NCBI GenBank assembly: GCA_964631415.1
Contig: CAZVZC010000004.1
Location: forward strand, 1 to 64,000
Length of the DNA: 64,000 nt
Direction: 5' to 3'
Source: an uncultured archaeon
GTDB lineage: Archaea > Asgardarchaeota > Thorarchaeia > Thorarchaeales > Thorarchaeaceae
Shown here: piece after piece, positions 9,646 to 18,598 of the stretch
Numbering within the stretch: position 1 is the first letter of the stretch
Layout: each line of letters opens with the position of its first letter
Translations under genes and position numbers: made by a program
Notes under the pieces: generated by a model
What the model was told of the DNA's origin: nothing
The model's database searches: none
Seen by the model: only the letters and a program-made list of their open reading frames with translations

Positions 9646-10052
9646 CGCCGCCACCCTCTTCCGCGGGTTCCCATTCGACCACGACCCATCCCCATGCCCG
9701 TGTAGGCAGGACTTGGCGTTTCGATTTGAGAGAGCCGTCCTTGCTTGAATGATTCCACTGCCTGCCTGACTGTGCCCGCACTGCTTGAGAGCACTGCTAT
9801 CCTCGCGCCTTTTAGAGCAGACATGGCATTCGGACCTACTGAGCCAGTGACCACCGTGCCTACACCCTCAGACGCCATAATCTGCGCCGCTTGTATACCG
9901 GCTCCTCCTGATGCACCTGTTGCGGCATTGGGAACCGCTCTGGACTCCATCGTGTCAACATCAACTATGATGAAATACGTGCACCGTCCGAACCTAGGAT
10001 CCACGGGCGAGTCAAGACTTGGACCTGCAGAACTGATGCCTATCTTTGCCAT
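9642..10052 (-). CDS. NifB/NifX family protein
   Basis: RFGRC, GGAGIQAAQ and GPNA motifs; GMGRGR tail. Confidence 0.92.
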   Translation of the reverse strand: MAKIGISSAGPSLDSPVDPRFGRCTYFIIVDVDTMESRAVPNAATGASGGAGIQAAQIMASEGVGTVVTGSVGPNAMSALKGARIAVLSSSAGTVRQAVESFKQGRLSQIETPSPAYTGMGMGRGRMGTRGRGWRR

Positions 10053-10119
10053 TCCATTTCACTCCGGTTGCCGCTTCTTACTCTTCTGATGATCACCGAG
10101 TCGGCTACTTGCGTCTACC

Positions 10120-10155
10120 GAATCAGGATTCGTTTCCTGTTATGAATCTAGATTC
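10120..10155. promoter_or_regulatory. Tandem GAATC-N2-GATTC operators
   Basis: GAATCagGATTC (10120) and GAATCtaGATTC (10144), directly downstream of minus-strand TTTAAG. Confidence 0.65.
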
Positions 10156-10216
10156 TTAAACTCATTGGTAAACCAAAGAGGGGGCTCTGAGGGCCGGCAT
10201 GGGAGAGCAGAAGACG

Positions 10217-10645
10217 TCAGACTCTCCTTCGGACCCAACGTAGCTCCGTGGATCCGCACTTTGGACAAGATGTCGGATTCTCCTCACTTCTTTTCATGAT
10301 ATGACCGCACTGAGCACACTCGAAACTGCCTGTTCCATCTCCCAGTAGATAGTGGCCCCCCTCAATCCGAAGAACACACCCCTTCACTAGGGCGGTTGCC
10401 ATCTTCATCCTTCCAGAAGAGAGTATCCTATTGAATGTTGGCTGACTCACACGCATGGCTTCACAGGCATCTCTCTGGCCTAGGCCCTCGGAATCAGCCA
10501 GTCTGATTGCCTCGTACTCGTCCACAGTCAAGACGATTGTTTCAAGCTCTCTCGCAGGGACTCCTGCAGGCTTGAATACGGACACACGTGGTTCTTGGCG
10601 GACCAGCCGCCGCACCTTTCGTCGAGGCATGGCAGGATTGGTCAT
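10217..10645 (-). CDS. DUF134 domain protein with C-terminal zinc ribbon
   Basis: FKPAG, EYEAIRLAD.EGL.Q, SQPTF.RIL; CxxC...CPxC. Confidence 0.9.
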   Translation of the reverse strand: MTNPAMPRRKVRRLVRQEPRVSVFKPAGVPARELETIVLTVDEYEAIRLADSEGLGQRDACEAMRVSQPTFNRILSSGRMKMATALVKGCVLRIEGGHYLLGDGTGSFECAQCGHIMKRSEENPTSCPKCGSTELRWVRRRV

Positions 10646-10737
10646 CCTCAGTCCCCAATAAAGCTTCACACATCGTTGGAGCTTCTCACTGCAAGAACTC
10701 TTCCACATCGGGCTCGTGTGATCGTGGCTCCATAGTC

Positions 10738-11610
10738 CTACTGCGCTCGACTACGAGCCATATGGATGGCATTCTGCCACATCCTCGTGAGCGCTCCAGT
10801 GATTCTATGATTCGGTGCGTACTCAGGCATGGTCGTTGCAGATACCATTGACTCAGTCACAGTCGTATCAAACGGAAGTACGCCCAAGACCTGAACCTTG
10901 GAGATTCCACATGATTTCATGATTTGATGAGTCATGTGAGAGTTGATGTCGAACTTGTTGATGATGACAGCAGAAGGAACACCCAGCTGTGTCAAAAGAT
11001 CCAGGACTCTACTCATGTCGTGAACTCCAGTCACAGTGGGCTCTGCAACCACAATCCCGAGAGATATCCCGGTGACTGAAGCAATCACCGGACATCCGAT
11101 TCCCGGGGATCCGTCTATCAAGACAGCTCCAAGGCCCTCACTTCTTGCGAGTTCGCCAGCACGTCTTCTCACCTCAGTTACAAGCTTGCCTGAGTGACCT
11201 TCGCCGGGCAGCAGTCGAGCATGCACCATCGGACCAAACCTAGTCCTCGAAGTGTGAATATGACCAGAAAGGCGCTTCTTTATCTCAACAGCGCCCTCTG
11301 GACATAGATGCTCGCACAGTCCGCATCCTTCGCACGCGAGATCATCAATCACGGGTGGGTGGGCTGCATCAAAACGGCAGTGAAGCTCGCACACGCCACA
11401 CATGGTACACAGGTCCTTGTCTATGACAGCCGTATCAGAACCGCTGAACTCTTCGGTCTTGGCAACGTCTGGCTGCAGGAGAATATGAAGGTCTGAGGCG
11501 TCAACGTCGCAGTCTGCCATTACAATGCTGCCTGCAATCGCGGCAAAAGAGGCACAGATGGTGGTCTTTCCTGTCCCACCCTTGCCGCTCACGATGGTGA
11601 TCTCACTCAC
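10738..11610 (-). CDS. MinD-like P-loop ATPase with inserted 2[4Fe-4S] ferredoxin domain
   Basis: SGKGGTGKT, DCDVDA, CxxCxxCxxxC twice, DGSPGIGCPVIAS; GTG start 11610. Confidence 0.92.
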   Translation of the reverse strand: MSEITIVSGKGGTGKTTICASFAAIAGSIVMADCDVDASDLHILLQPDVAKTEEFSGSDTAVIDKDLCTMCGVCELHCRFDAAHPPVIDDLACEGCGLCEHLCPEGAVEIKKRLSGHIHTSRTRFGPMVHARLLPGEGHSGKLVTEVRRRAGELARSEGLGAVLIDGSPGIGCPVIASVTGISLGIVVAEPTVTGVHDMSRVLDLLTQLGVPSAVIINKFDINSHMTHQIMKSCGISKVQVLGVLPFDTTVTESMVSATTMPEYAPNHRITGALTRMWQNAIHMARSRAQ

Positions 11611-12457
11611 TGGCGGAAACAGCCTCCTTGATATCGTCGTACATTCGCCGGAACCTAGGAACCCACTCCGACATTGAGCTGATGAATGGCACTCCTCTTG
11701 AGTAGAGCTCGGCGATTCGCCTCTCGAACGGGATCTCGAGTAGGATAGGTATCTCTCTTTTCTGGCAGAACTGCTTGACGACATCGTTTCCAATAGTGGA
11801 CCTGTTGATAACCACTCCACAGGACAGCCCAAGTTTCTCGACTACGTCAACAGTGAGAGAGAGATCATACACACCGAATGGCGTGGGTTCGGTGACCAAT
11901 ATCACGTAGTCACTTCCACGCATTGTCTCTATGACCGGGCAGGCAGTGCCAGGTGGTGCATCAAGTATGTTGACAGAGCCTTGGTCTATTTCGGACTTCA
12001 CTGTCTTGATGAGTGTTGTAGCCACAGTTTCGCCCACATTGAGCTCTCCAAACACTAACCTCATGTCACCTATGCGCCCAATGTGGAGTCTGCCAATGGT
12101 TCTTCGAATCTCTTCTATTGCAGTAGAGGGACATACGACTGAGCAGCCGCCGCATGAGCGACAGATGTTCTCGTAGACGAACACCTTGTCGCGTCCGAGG
12201 AACAGCGCATTGAACCTGCAGAACTGTACGCACTTGGAGCATAGTGTGCACAGGGCTTCATTGATTGCGGGAACCAGACGCTCAACATCACGACTCACAA
12301 TCCGAGTTGGCTGAAGAAGTAGGTGAGCATTTGGCTCTTCGACATCGCAATCGAGCAGACTCACTCTGCCGAGTGAGAGGGCGAGATTGACAGCCACGGT
12401 TGTCTTGCCAGTTCCACCTTTGCCTGAGGCAACTGTGACTATCAATATCTGAACCAT
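11603..12457 (-). CDS. MinD-like P-loop ATPase with inserted ferredoxin domain
   Basis: ASGKGGTGKTT, DCDVEEPN, two Fe-S motifs, DAPPGTACP, TEPTPFG. Confidence 0.92.
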   Translation of the reverse strand: MVQILIVTVASGKGGTGKTTVAVNLALSLGRVSLLDCDVEEPNAHLLLQPTRIVSRDVERLVPAINEALCTLCSKCVQFCRFNALFLGRDKVFVYENICRSCGGCSVVCPSTAIEEIRRTIGRLHIGRIGDMRLVFGELNVGETVATTLIKTVKSEIDQGSVNILDAPPGTACPVIETMRGSDYVILVTEPTPFGVYDLSLTVDVVEKLGLSCGVVINRSTIGNDVVKQFCQKREIPILLEIPFERRIAELYSRGVPFISSMSEWVPRFRRMYDDIKEAVSASE

Positions 12458-12542
12458 CCTATGCAAATGTGGAAGTACAAAGGGCCACCGGCGGTTCCAT
12501 CACCATATGCCCCATTCAGCAGTAGGACCAAAACACGACCCA

Positions 12543-13367
12543 TCATAGCCCGATTTGCTCGCTGATTTTGGCTACCAGTTCTGAGAACGCCCTACTGGAT
12601 TCTGAATCGGGCATCGAAATCACAAATGGCGTCCCCTCGTCTGATAGGCTCACTATTCTAGGATCTAGAGGCAGTGAACCCAGATACGGGACGCCGTACT
12701 CGGCTGCGGCCTTCTGAACAGCACCGTCGCCAAAGAGCCTGTATCGTTCACCGCACTTGGGACAGACGAACTCCCCCATGTTCTCAATCACTCCCAGAAC
12801 CGGGACATCCATCATCTGCACGAGCTGTATTGCCCGTCGAGCACCGAGAACTGCAACCTCTTGAGGAGTGGACACGATTAAGGTCCCGTCAATACCAGGT
12901 ATTGACTGAAGGATACTTAGAATCTCATCACCCGTCCCGGGTGGCAGGTCTACCACAAGCAACTCTAGGTCGCCCCATAACACATCGCTGAGGAACTGGC
13001 TTATTGCCTTGGCCACCAATGGACCTCGCCAAGCGACAGCGTCATCGGCATTTCTCAGAAGGAAACCCATGCTCATCACTTTAGAGCCTAGTGGACCCGG
13101 AACAGGTACGATTGCTTTATTGGACACTTCGGGATGTATTCCTTCCAGACCAAGGATTTTGGGTATGCTGGCCCCATAGATGTCAACGTCCAGAATCCCT
13201 ACCCTCGAGCCTCTCCCAGCAAATGCCATCGCCAAGTTCGCGGCGATTGTGCTCTTGCCTACACCGCCCTTGCCGGAGAGTATCACAACCTTGTGCTTGA
13301 TGTGCTCCATCCTCTCCCTTACTTCAGGCTGGACCAGACTGTCTTTGTGAGCTACGGTCTTTGTCAT
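12543..13367 (-). CDS. mrp: Mrp/NBP35 (ApbC) Fe-S cluster carrier ATPase
   Basis: SGKGGVGKS, WRGP, DLPPGTGD, ENM..F.CPKC; GAGGTG SD before ATG 13367. Confidence 0.95.
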   Translation of the reverse strand: MTKTVAHKDSLVQPEVRERMEHIKHKVVILSGKGGVGKSTIAANLAMAFAGRGSRVGILDVDIYGASIPKILGLEGIHPEVSNKAIVPVPGPLGSKVMSMGFLLRNADDAVAWRGPLVAKAISQFLSDVLWGDLELLVVDLPPGTGDEILSILQSIPGIDGTLIVSTPQEVAVLGARRAIQLVQMMDVPVLGVIENMGEFVCPKCGERYRLFGDGAVQKAAAEYGVPYLGSLPLDPRIVSLSDEGTPFVISMPDSESSRAFSELVAKISEQIGL

Positions 13368-13422
13368 ATTCCACACCTCGTCTGTGATTGTAAGAGCGGG
13401 TACAGGGAACGACAAGAAGCTG

Positions 13423-13438
13423 ATGAATCCAGATTCAT
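13423..13438. promoter_or_regulatory. ATGAATC-ca-GATTCAT operator upstream of mrp
   Basis: Perfect 7-bp arms adjacent to TTTAAA; same core as the 10120/10144 sites. Confidence 0.65.
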
Positions 13439-13498
13439 TTAAACCTAGTCATGTGTGGCAGCATTGGCCGTGAGCCTTCCACACAATCATCCTTAGCA

Positions 13499-14257
13499 CT
13501 ACTCCATATGCACTATGCATACAAGGCCACCCAGCTGGGCGACACGTGCCCCACTCTTGTCGTCCTCCCGAAGAACGCGAATCCTCACCCCTGCGTTGCG
13601 AGCGAGATCTGTGATCCGCTGTAGGCGAGGACTGTTCTTCTGGGCGGTCCAGTACCTGTCAGTCATGAGTATGTGCTCAGAGACTCCGACAGAAACGGGA
13701 CCAGCCTTGGAAAATGTCCTGAAGAACTGGTCGATCTCCTCAAGCGAGAAGAGAATAGTGAAGCGTCCAGTGTCATCAGAGAGTCTTGCATCGAGCAATT
13801 GGAGTATGCTGTCCGATTCCTTCTCGACAACATCCGCGGCGACCCTCTGAAACGCCTGCGTCTTGACTAGGGTCCTGGCGGCGTTGGCGGTGCTTGCATC
13901 GGCAGCGATGCTCTCCATACGGACTGCACGTACGAGGTAGGCGTGATGCTTGCGTACATGAGCGATGAAGCTATCAGCTAGTACGCTGCCGTTTCCAGAA
14001 CTGGCAACTATGAGGCTGCCCACGCCACTCGAGAATACAGGTTTCAGAGCAGCAATGATGGCGTTGAAGAAGTTGTAGCGGTCACCTTCGGTGCCACCGT
14101 CGCGATCTCTGGGCCAGTCAATTGACCCGTGTTGTTTGATGGATTGGCTGTGCACGACCCAGAGGACTGCGCAATGGTTATCCAATCCCACCAGTGCAGC
14201 GACAGCATATCCTCGCCGCGGACGTCCAATGCCACGATTCCTACTACGTTCAGGCAT
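13499..14257 (-). CDS. Pelota/eRF1-like protein (middle and C-terminal domains only)
   Basis: RYNFFNAII, LIVASSG, ILMTD and terminal G..V..LGGLVCIV resemble Pelota domains 2-3. Confidence 0.55.
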   Translation of the reverse strand: MPERSRNRGIGRPRRGYAVAALVGLDNHCAVLWVVHSQSIKQHGSIDWPRDRDGGTEGDRYNFFNAIIAALKPVFSSGVGSLIVASSGNGSVLADSFIAHVRKHHAYLVRAVRMESIAADASTANAARTLVKTQAFQRVAADVVEKESDSILQLLDARLSDDTGRFTILFSLEEIDQFFRTFSKAGPVSVGVSEHILMTDRYWTAQKNSPRLQRITDLARNAGVRIRVLREDDKSGARVAQLGGLVCIVHME

Positions 14258-14296
14258 AGCACTCTCACGACCTGACCTGTGCAATCAGGGAAGACC

Positions 14297-14533
14297 TCAT
14301 ATTACCGGTTTTCCGGAGGCCTGCTTCACAATCGCCCTTACTCGGCCGACCTGTCCGTCCTTCAGCCGGACCTTTATGCCGCGAGGATGAATGGAGGAGT
14401 TCGTTAGAATATCACTGACAACGCCCCGGGTCAGCTTGCCTGTGGCTTGGTCCTTCTTGAGAATCACATCGACAACAAGACCCGGGTGGATGTTCTCTCG
14501 ATGTGTTCCTGCATTATCGGTTTCTGTGTTCAT
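14297..14533 (-). CDS. YwbE (DUF2196) family protein
   Basis: LKKDQ.TGKLT.G.V..ILT.S..HPRGIKVRL.DGQVGRV. Confidence 0.93.
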   Translation of the reverse strand: MNTETDNAGTHRENIHPGLVVDVILKKDQATGKLTRGVVSDILTNSSIHPRGIKVRLKDGQVGRVRAIVKQASGKPVI

Positions 14534-14789
14534 CTTGGCTCACGGAAAGCAACGTAGGACTGTTAAACGTGTGCACTCGTCCACGTGACAGAACTCTCTC
14601 ACACGAACATCACTGATGACTCTGCACATCTGATCAGTGTCCTCTCACCATTCCTCAGAGGATTGATGGGTGATGAAATGGACGTTCTCTTTCTACTTCG
14701 TAACATCACACACAGGTGCGGTTGATGTCCGCTACAGTTTCTAGGAACTCACTCAAGAGCAGCAAAGACTGAGCCGTACGATAGGAAAT

Positions 14790-15101
14790 CTATGCGACGC
14801 CGAGAACCTTCTTCATGGCCCTTTGGTAATCGAGGAAGGCTCTTCGGCCCCTACCAGTGAGCTTCAGGGTTGTGCGGGGTTTCTTGCCCACGAACTCCTT
14901 GATCACCTCGACGTATCCCGCCGCCTCCAACTTCATGGTATGAGATGATAGGTTGCCCCATGTGAAACCAGTCTGGCGTTGAAGGAAGAGTAAGTCCGCG
15001 CTTTCTACGACATACAGCTGTGCCACTATCTTCAGCCTAGCAGGCTCGTGGATTATTCTGTCAATCTCGCCTTCCACGTCCTTCCTTTCACTGGACGCCA
15101 T
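14790..15101 (-). CDS. Winged-helix transcriptional regulator (HTH_34, ArsR/MarR-like)
   Basis: IHEPARL.I, TWGNLSSH..KLE.AGY, FVGKKPRT. Confidence 0.9.
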   Translation of the reverse strand: MASSERKDVEGEIDRIIHEPARLKIVAQLYVVESADLLFLQRQTGFTWGNLSSHTMKLEAAGYVEVIKEFVGKKPRTTLKLTGRGRRAFLDYQRAMKKVLGVA

Positions 15102-15717
15102 TCGCAGAATCCTCCGTGATGAGAACCGGATACGTGCTCAGGAAGCGAGCTAGGATCATCCCACCGACAAGACCGATCATGCCGGCTAAAGAGAAGAGGT
15201 ACACGACCAGTCTATCTAGTGGAGTTGGAAAGGCAAGCTGAGAGAATAACAGTCCAAGCACGATGCTAAGGCCAGCCAGACCATAGTACCTCTTTAGACC
15301 GGACTTGCTCACAAGGTACATCGACGGGCCCACAAAGACCAGTCCGAATGCGGCAGGAGCCCAGATGAGCCAAGGGTACAGGTACGTCAGTTCTAGATGG
15401 GAAGCAATCACCATGAAACCCAGGATTATGACTAGGGGCACCACAGTGAGCAGGAAACCGGTGACTGATAGCTGCTGTTTCTCCTCACGAAGCTTGAACT
15501 TGCCAAGCCTGGGGTATGTATACTGCTCCCTGAACTTCTCGATGGCTGTTGTCTGAAAGACTATGATTATCGCTAGGAAGATGACGAACCTGCCGTCGAC
15601 GAGCACAACTCCAGAGAAAGCGAGCATCAGTGCCATCATCATCTCTTGCAGGCCGTCCTTCATCGACTCGCGATGCACATTCTGCTCAAGTTCGAACAAG
15701 TCCGTTTCAGTTGACAT
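15088..15717 (-). CDS. Multi-pass membrane protein co-transcribed with the HTH regulator
   Basis: DGL.E and TYPRLG motifs, six TM helices; overlaps the regulator start. Confidence 0.8.
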   Translation of the reverse strand: MSTETDLFELEQNVHRESMKDGLQEMMMALMLAFSGVVLVDGRFVIFLAIIIVFQTTAIEKFREQYTYPRLGKFKLREEKQQLSVTGFLLTVVPLVIILGFMVIASHLELTYLYPWLIWAPAAFGLVFVGPSMYLVSKSGLKRYYGLAGLSIVLGLLFSQLAFPTPLDRLVVYLFSLAGMIGLVGGMILARFLSTYPVLITEDSANGVQ

Positions 15718-15742
15718 CTTAGACGCCTCAATACGGAAGCTA

Positions 15743-15768
15743 TACTCTGTGATACAAAGTACTTTGTA
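15743..15768. promoter_or_regulatory. Palindromic operator candidate
   Basis: Perfect 16-bp palindrome TACAAAGTACTTTGTA (15753-15768) overlapping TACTCTG-N5-CAAAGTA. Confidence 0.55.
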
Positions 15769-15861
15769 CGTCTATAAGCTTATGCTCTCGAGCAAGCAAC
15801 TGCAGATTTCGACTGCAAGACTACATATTGGCTGAGGGGCGGTTCGGGGGTAGATTGCTTC

Positions 15862-16632
15862 TCACCGTGTCCAATCTTTCAGGGCAACCTTGACCGAACG
15901 ACGCATTTCTGCTGCAAACCCAGAACCAGTTTTCCGCAAGTAGACACTCTGTCCTATGTTCTGAGTGTCGCCGTAGAAACCATCTGATATCCCAAAGTGT
16001 TCCATAAGCATGGTATCGAACTGTCGCCCATCTACTCGAGAGTATTTGTCCTTGAAGTATACGAATCGTTCCGGAAAGCGCGGAGATTTCTTGCGTATCG
16101 CTTCATGCTTGATAGGATATCCGAAACACAGTAGTGCGATCGGGAAGACCCATTTTGGCAGGTCAAACATCTCACGGTGAATCTCTATGTTCTCCATTAT
16201 GTCACCAATGTAACACGAACCTATCCCGAGTGATTCGGCGGCTATCACGGCGTTCTGTGCCGCCACCAACGCATCACAGCAGGCAAGCAACAGGTCAGAT
16301 TCCTTAGGAGTGGAGTACTCGATCTGGCGGTCCTCACAGAGCTCAGGGACACGTGAGAACTCAAAGAAGTCATACCATCTCTGTAAATCCGCAAGAAACA
16401 GGAGCACCAGAGGGGCTTTAGCGATGAAGGGCTGGTTGTCACACGTCTTCACCAATCGATCTTTCTTCTGTTGGTCTGCCACTTCAATAATCGAATAATG
16501 CATCATGTTCCCTGCAGTGGGTGCGCGCATGGCGCTGTATATGATCCAGTCTTTGTGCTCTGCACTGATAGGTCGAGAGTCATAGCCTCTCAGGGATTTG
16601 CGATTGTCGATTACCTTCAGGGTTTCATTCAT
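15862..16632 (-). CDS. Nitroreductase / NADPH-flavin oxidoreductase (NfsA/NfrA family)
   Basis: RKSLR.Y, APTAGNM, DALVAAQNAVIAAESLGIGSCYIG, LCFGYP. Confidence 0.92.
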   Translation of the reverse strand: MNETLKVIDNRKSLRGYDSRPISAEHKDWIIYSAMRAPTAGNMMHYSIIEVADQQKKDRLVKTCDNQPFIAKAPLVLLFLADLQRWYDFFEFSRVPELCEDRQIEYSTPKESDLLLACCDALVAAQNAVIAAESLGIGSCYIGDIMENIEIHREMFDLPKWVFPIALLCFGYPIKHEAIRKKSPRFPERFVYFKDKYSRVDGRQFDTMLMEHFGISDGFYGDTQNIGQSVYLRKTGSGFAAEMRRSVKVALKDWTR

Positions 16633-16715
16633 GAGCAAGCTCTTGTTGGGCTTTCACTTAACAATTATCTCTCTGCGTTCTGAACCATTCGTCAGAACAT
16701 CCCACCGTCGTCTGC

Positions 16716-17636
16716 CTAGAGCCGTTTCCTGTAGGTATTGATGAAGGGAGCTGCAGCGACTCCGAGGCGAGAGAACAAATCATTGTACGCCTTGACATTG
16801 TCGGGCAACAAGGTCATGCGAAATCTCTTGAGCCCGTCCTTTGCCCCCGCCTCAATCAGCCTTCTGATGATCCTTCCGCCCACATCAGACAGGTCGACAC
16901 CCGGAACCATCATGACCCTGAGAACTCGCGCCACATCAGGCTCATTGTCTGGAACGGTCATAGCGGAAGCGGCTACTGTCTTGTTGTCCTTACGAAACAC
17001 CGCCACTCTCCTGAAGTATGAATCCTTGGCGCCCGACTCATACTGATCCATGAGCAGTTTCACTCGTTCGACCGGGAATCCCAACCCGGCCAGCATTGTA
17101 CCGAAGACGTCCCGGTCTTTGCCTCGCTCGTACTGTTCAACACCTCCTGCAGCGGGAAGATGCGAGAAGTCGATGGACGAGATGTTCTTCTCCGCAAGGT
17201 ACTGTGAAACTCCAGCATCCTCGAACTTGTACTGCTTGAGAAGAGTTTCCCAGTTGCCCCATCCCTTTCCGACTTCTGTTGTGACAACTGATATGCCTCT
17301 CTCCTTGAGAACCTTGAGAGCGTGGTCCATGAGTGCCTTCTGTGCCCCCTCGTGCCCTTTCTTGACGAGTGGGAGCCTCATGACTGCCGTCTTCTCAGGG
17401 GTACCACTTACCAAGGATGCAGTCAGATAGCCCACCAGCGCACCTTTCACCAATGCATAGAATCTCGTGCTGGGGTCAAAACCTAGACCCGAGTAGGTCT
17501 TCCTGAGCTCTTCGGCGGGAGTCTGCCGGTACTGAGTCCAGTGCTTCGTGGCCTCGCTTCCGATTCTCGCCTGTTCCTCGATGAACTTCTCTTCGTAAGT
17601 CTTGATCTCGTAGGATGCTGTCTTTCGACTTGCCAT
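16716..17636 (-). CDS. Tandem GNAT-fold protein (putative acetyltransferase)
   Basis: RFYA...LVGY and P.V..GHE.A...LM..A pattern, with a second degenerate repeat. Confidence 0.65.
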   Translation of the reverse strand: MASRKTASYEIKTYEEKFIEEQARIGSEATKHWTQYRQTPAEELRKTYSGLGFDPSTRFYALVKGALVGYLTASLVSGTPEKTAVMRLPLVKKGHEGAQKALMDHALKVLKERGISVVTTEVGKGWGNWETLLKQYKFEDAGVSQYLAEKNISSIDFSHLPAAGGVEQYERGKDRDVFGTMLAGLGFPVERVKLLMDQYESGAKDSYFRRVAVFRKDNKTVAASAMTVPDNEPDVARVLRVMMVPGVDLSDVGGRIIRRLIEAGAKDGLKRFRMTLLPDNVKAYNDLFSRLGVAAAPFINTYRKRL

Positions 17637-17833
17637 GTTTCTCATGTCCTCTGTGTGCAGCCGTCTAGCGGCCCATGTCCCTCTTGTGAGAGTTTCAGGT
17701 TTCTCTTGTGTCTTCCTCCGCAATAAGAGTGGGGGTGTGCGCATTAGACTATGGAACGCTTATTGAACAGAAACCCCACAACCGGTGAGGCACACATGCC
17801 CGGCAGTCACCCAGATGCCGAGGCTTTGCGGGT

Positions 17834-18553
17834 TTAATGGCTCGCATTGCCGACAGACACAAGACTCATTGAGAGCACAACGGGGTTTCGAATCGGCTTT
17901 CTCCAGTCGCGTCGCTTCGTCTTATGCTTGCCATCGAACCACTCGACGAAGTCCTGTAGGCTCTTCAAGACCTCACCCGGGTTCTCACCCTCGCCGACAC
18001 GGAAGACCATGAGCTTCGTCACCACATTGGGTGAAGAATCCCTCATTTCTTCTTGGCACGACATAGAGATCAGCAACTGGGTTGTGTGTTGATTGAGAGT
18101 AGCTGGAAGGAACTCAAGGTTTCTGATCCATTCGGCCACCAAGCCCGCTCTGCCTTGTGACTCAGCGTAAGATGCAAGATCCAGAGAACTGAGCTCCTTG
18201 TTCATCTCAATGATATTCTGGGAGATGTAGTAGTGCTGAGAGTATCTCTTGTCTGCCACTTCCGAGTCCGCCTCCTGTGCAAGCACGCCTGCTTCCGACA
18301 TCAACGCGAGGCTGCGAAACATGGTCGCTTTGCTCAGACCGGTTGCATTTCTCAGCTCTGCTGGCGTTGTCTTTCCGAACAACATGAGATAGGAGTAAAT
18401 GGATAGGCAGGAATCAATCTTGATGATCCGACTCATCAGTTCCATTGTTCTCAGCTTGGCCTGCAGCTCTGAGTCCGTGCGGTTCGTCGGAATTGTAGTA
18501 CACCTCCCAACTTGGGACTGAGATGGTGGACTCCTCCTGGTTGGCGAGTCCAA
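17834..18553 (-). CDS. ArsR/TrmB-like winged-helix transcriptional regulator
   Basis: TPAEL..ATGLSKATMFRSL..M.EAGVL HTH; start uncertain (18553 or ~18445). Confidence 0.75.
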   Translation of the reverse strand: MDSPTRRSPPSQSQVGRCTTIPTNRTDSELQAKLRTMELMSRIIKIDSCLSIYSYLMLFGKTTPAELRNATGLSKATMFRSLALMSEAGVLAQEADSEVADKRYSQHYYISQNIIEMNKELSSLDLASYAESQGRAGLVAEWIRNLEFLPATLNQHTTQLLISMSCQEEMRDSSPNVVTKLMVFRVGEGENPGEVLKSLQDFVEWFDGKHKTKRRDWRKPIRNPVVLSMSLVSVGNASH

Positions 18554-18598
18554 CCTATCTCATGTGTGAGCCGTGTAAAAAGCTCACCTACTGTCGCT

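Noticed and set aside
9274-10052. Nitrogen fixation inferred from NifB/NifX-family genes
   Set aside because: No nifHDK in the window; these domains with DUF134, MinD-ferredoxin ATPases and Mrp are common in non-diazotrophic anaerobes.
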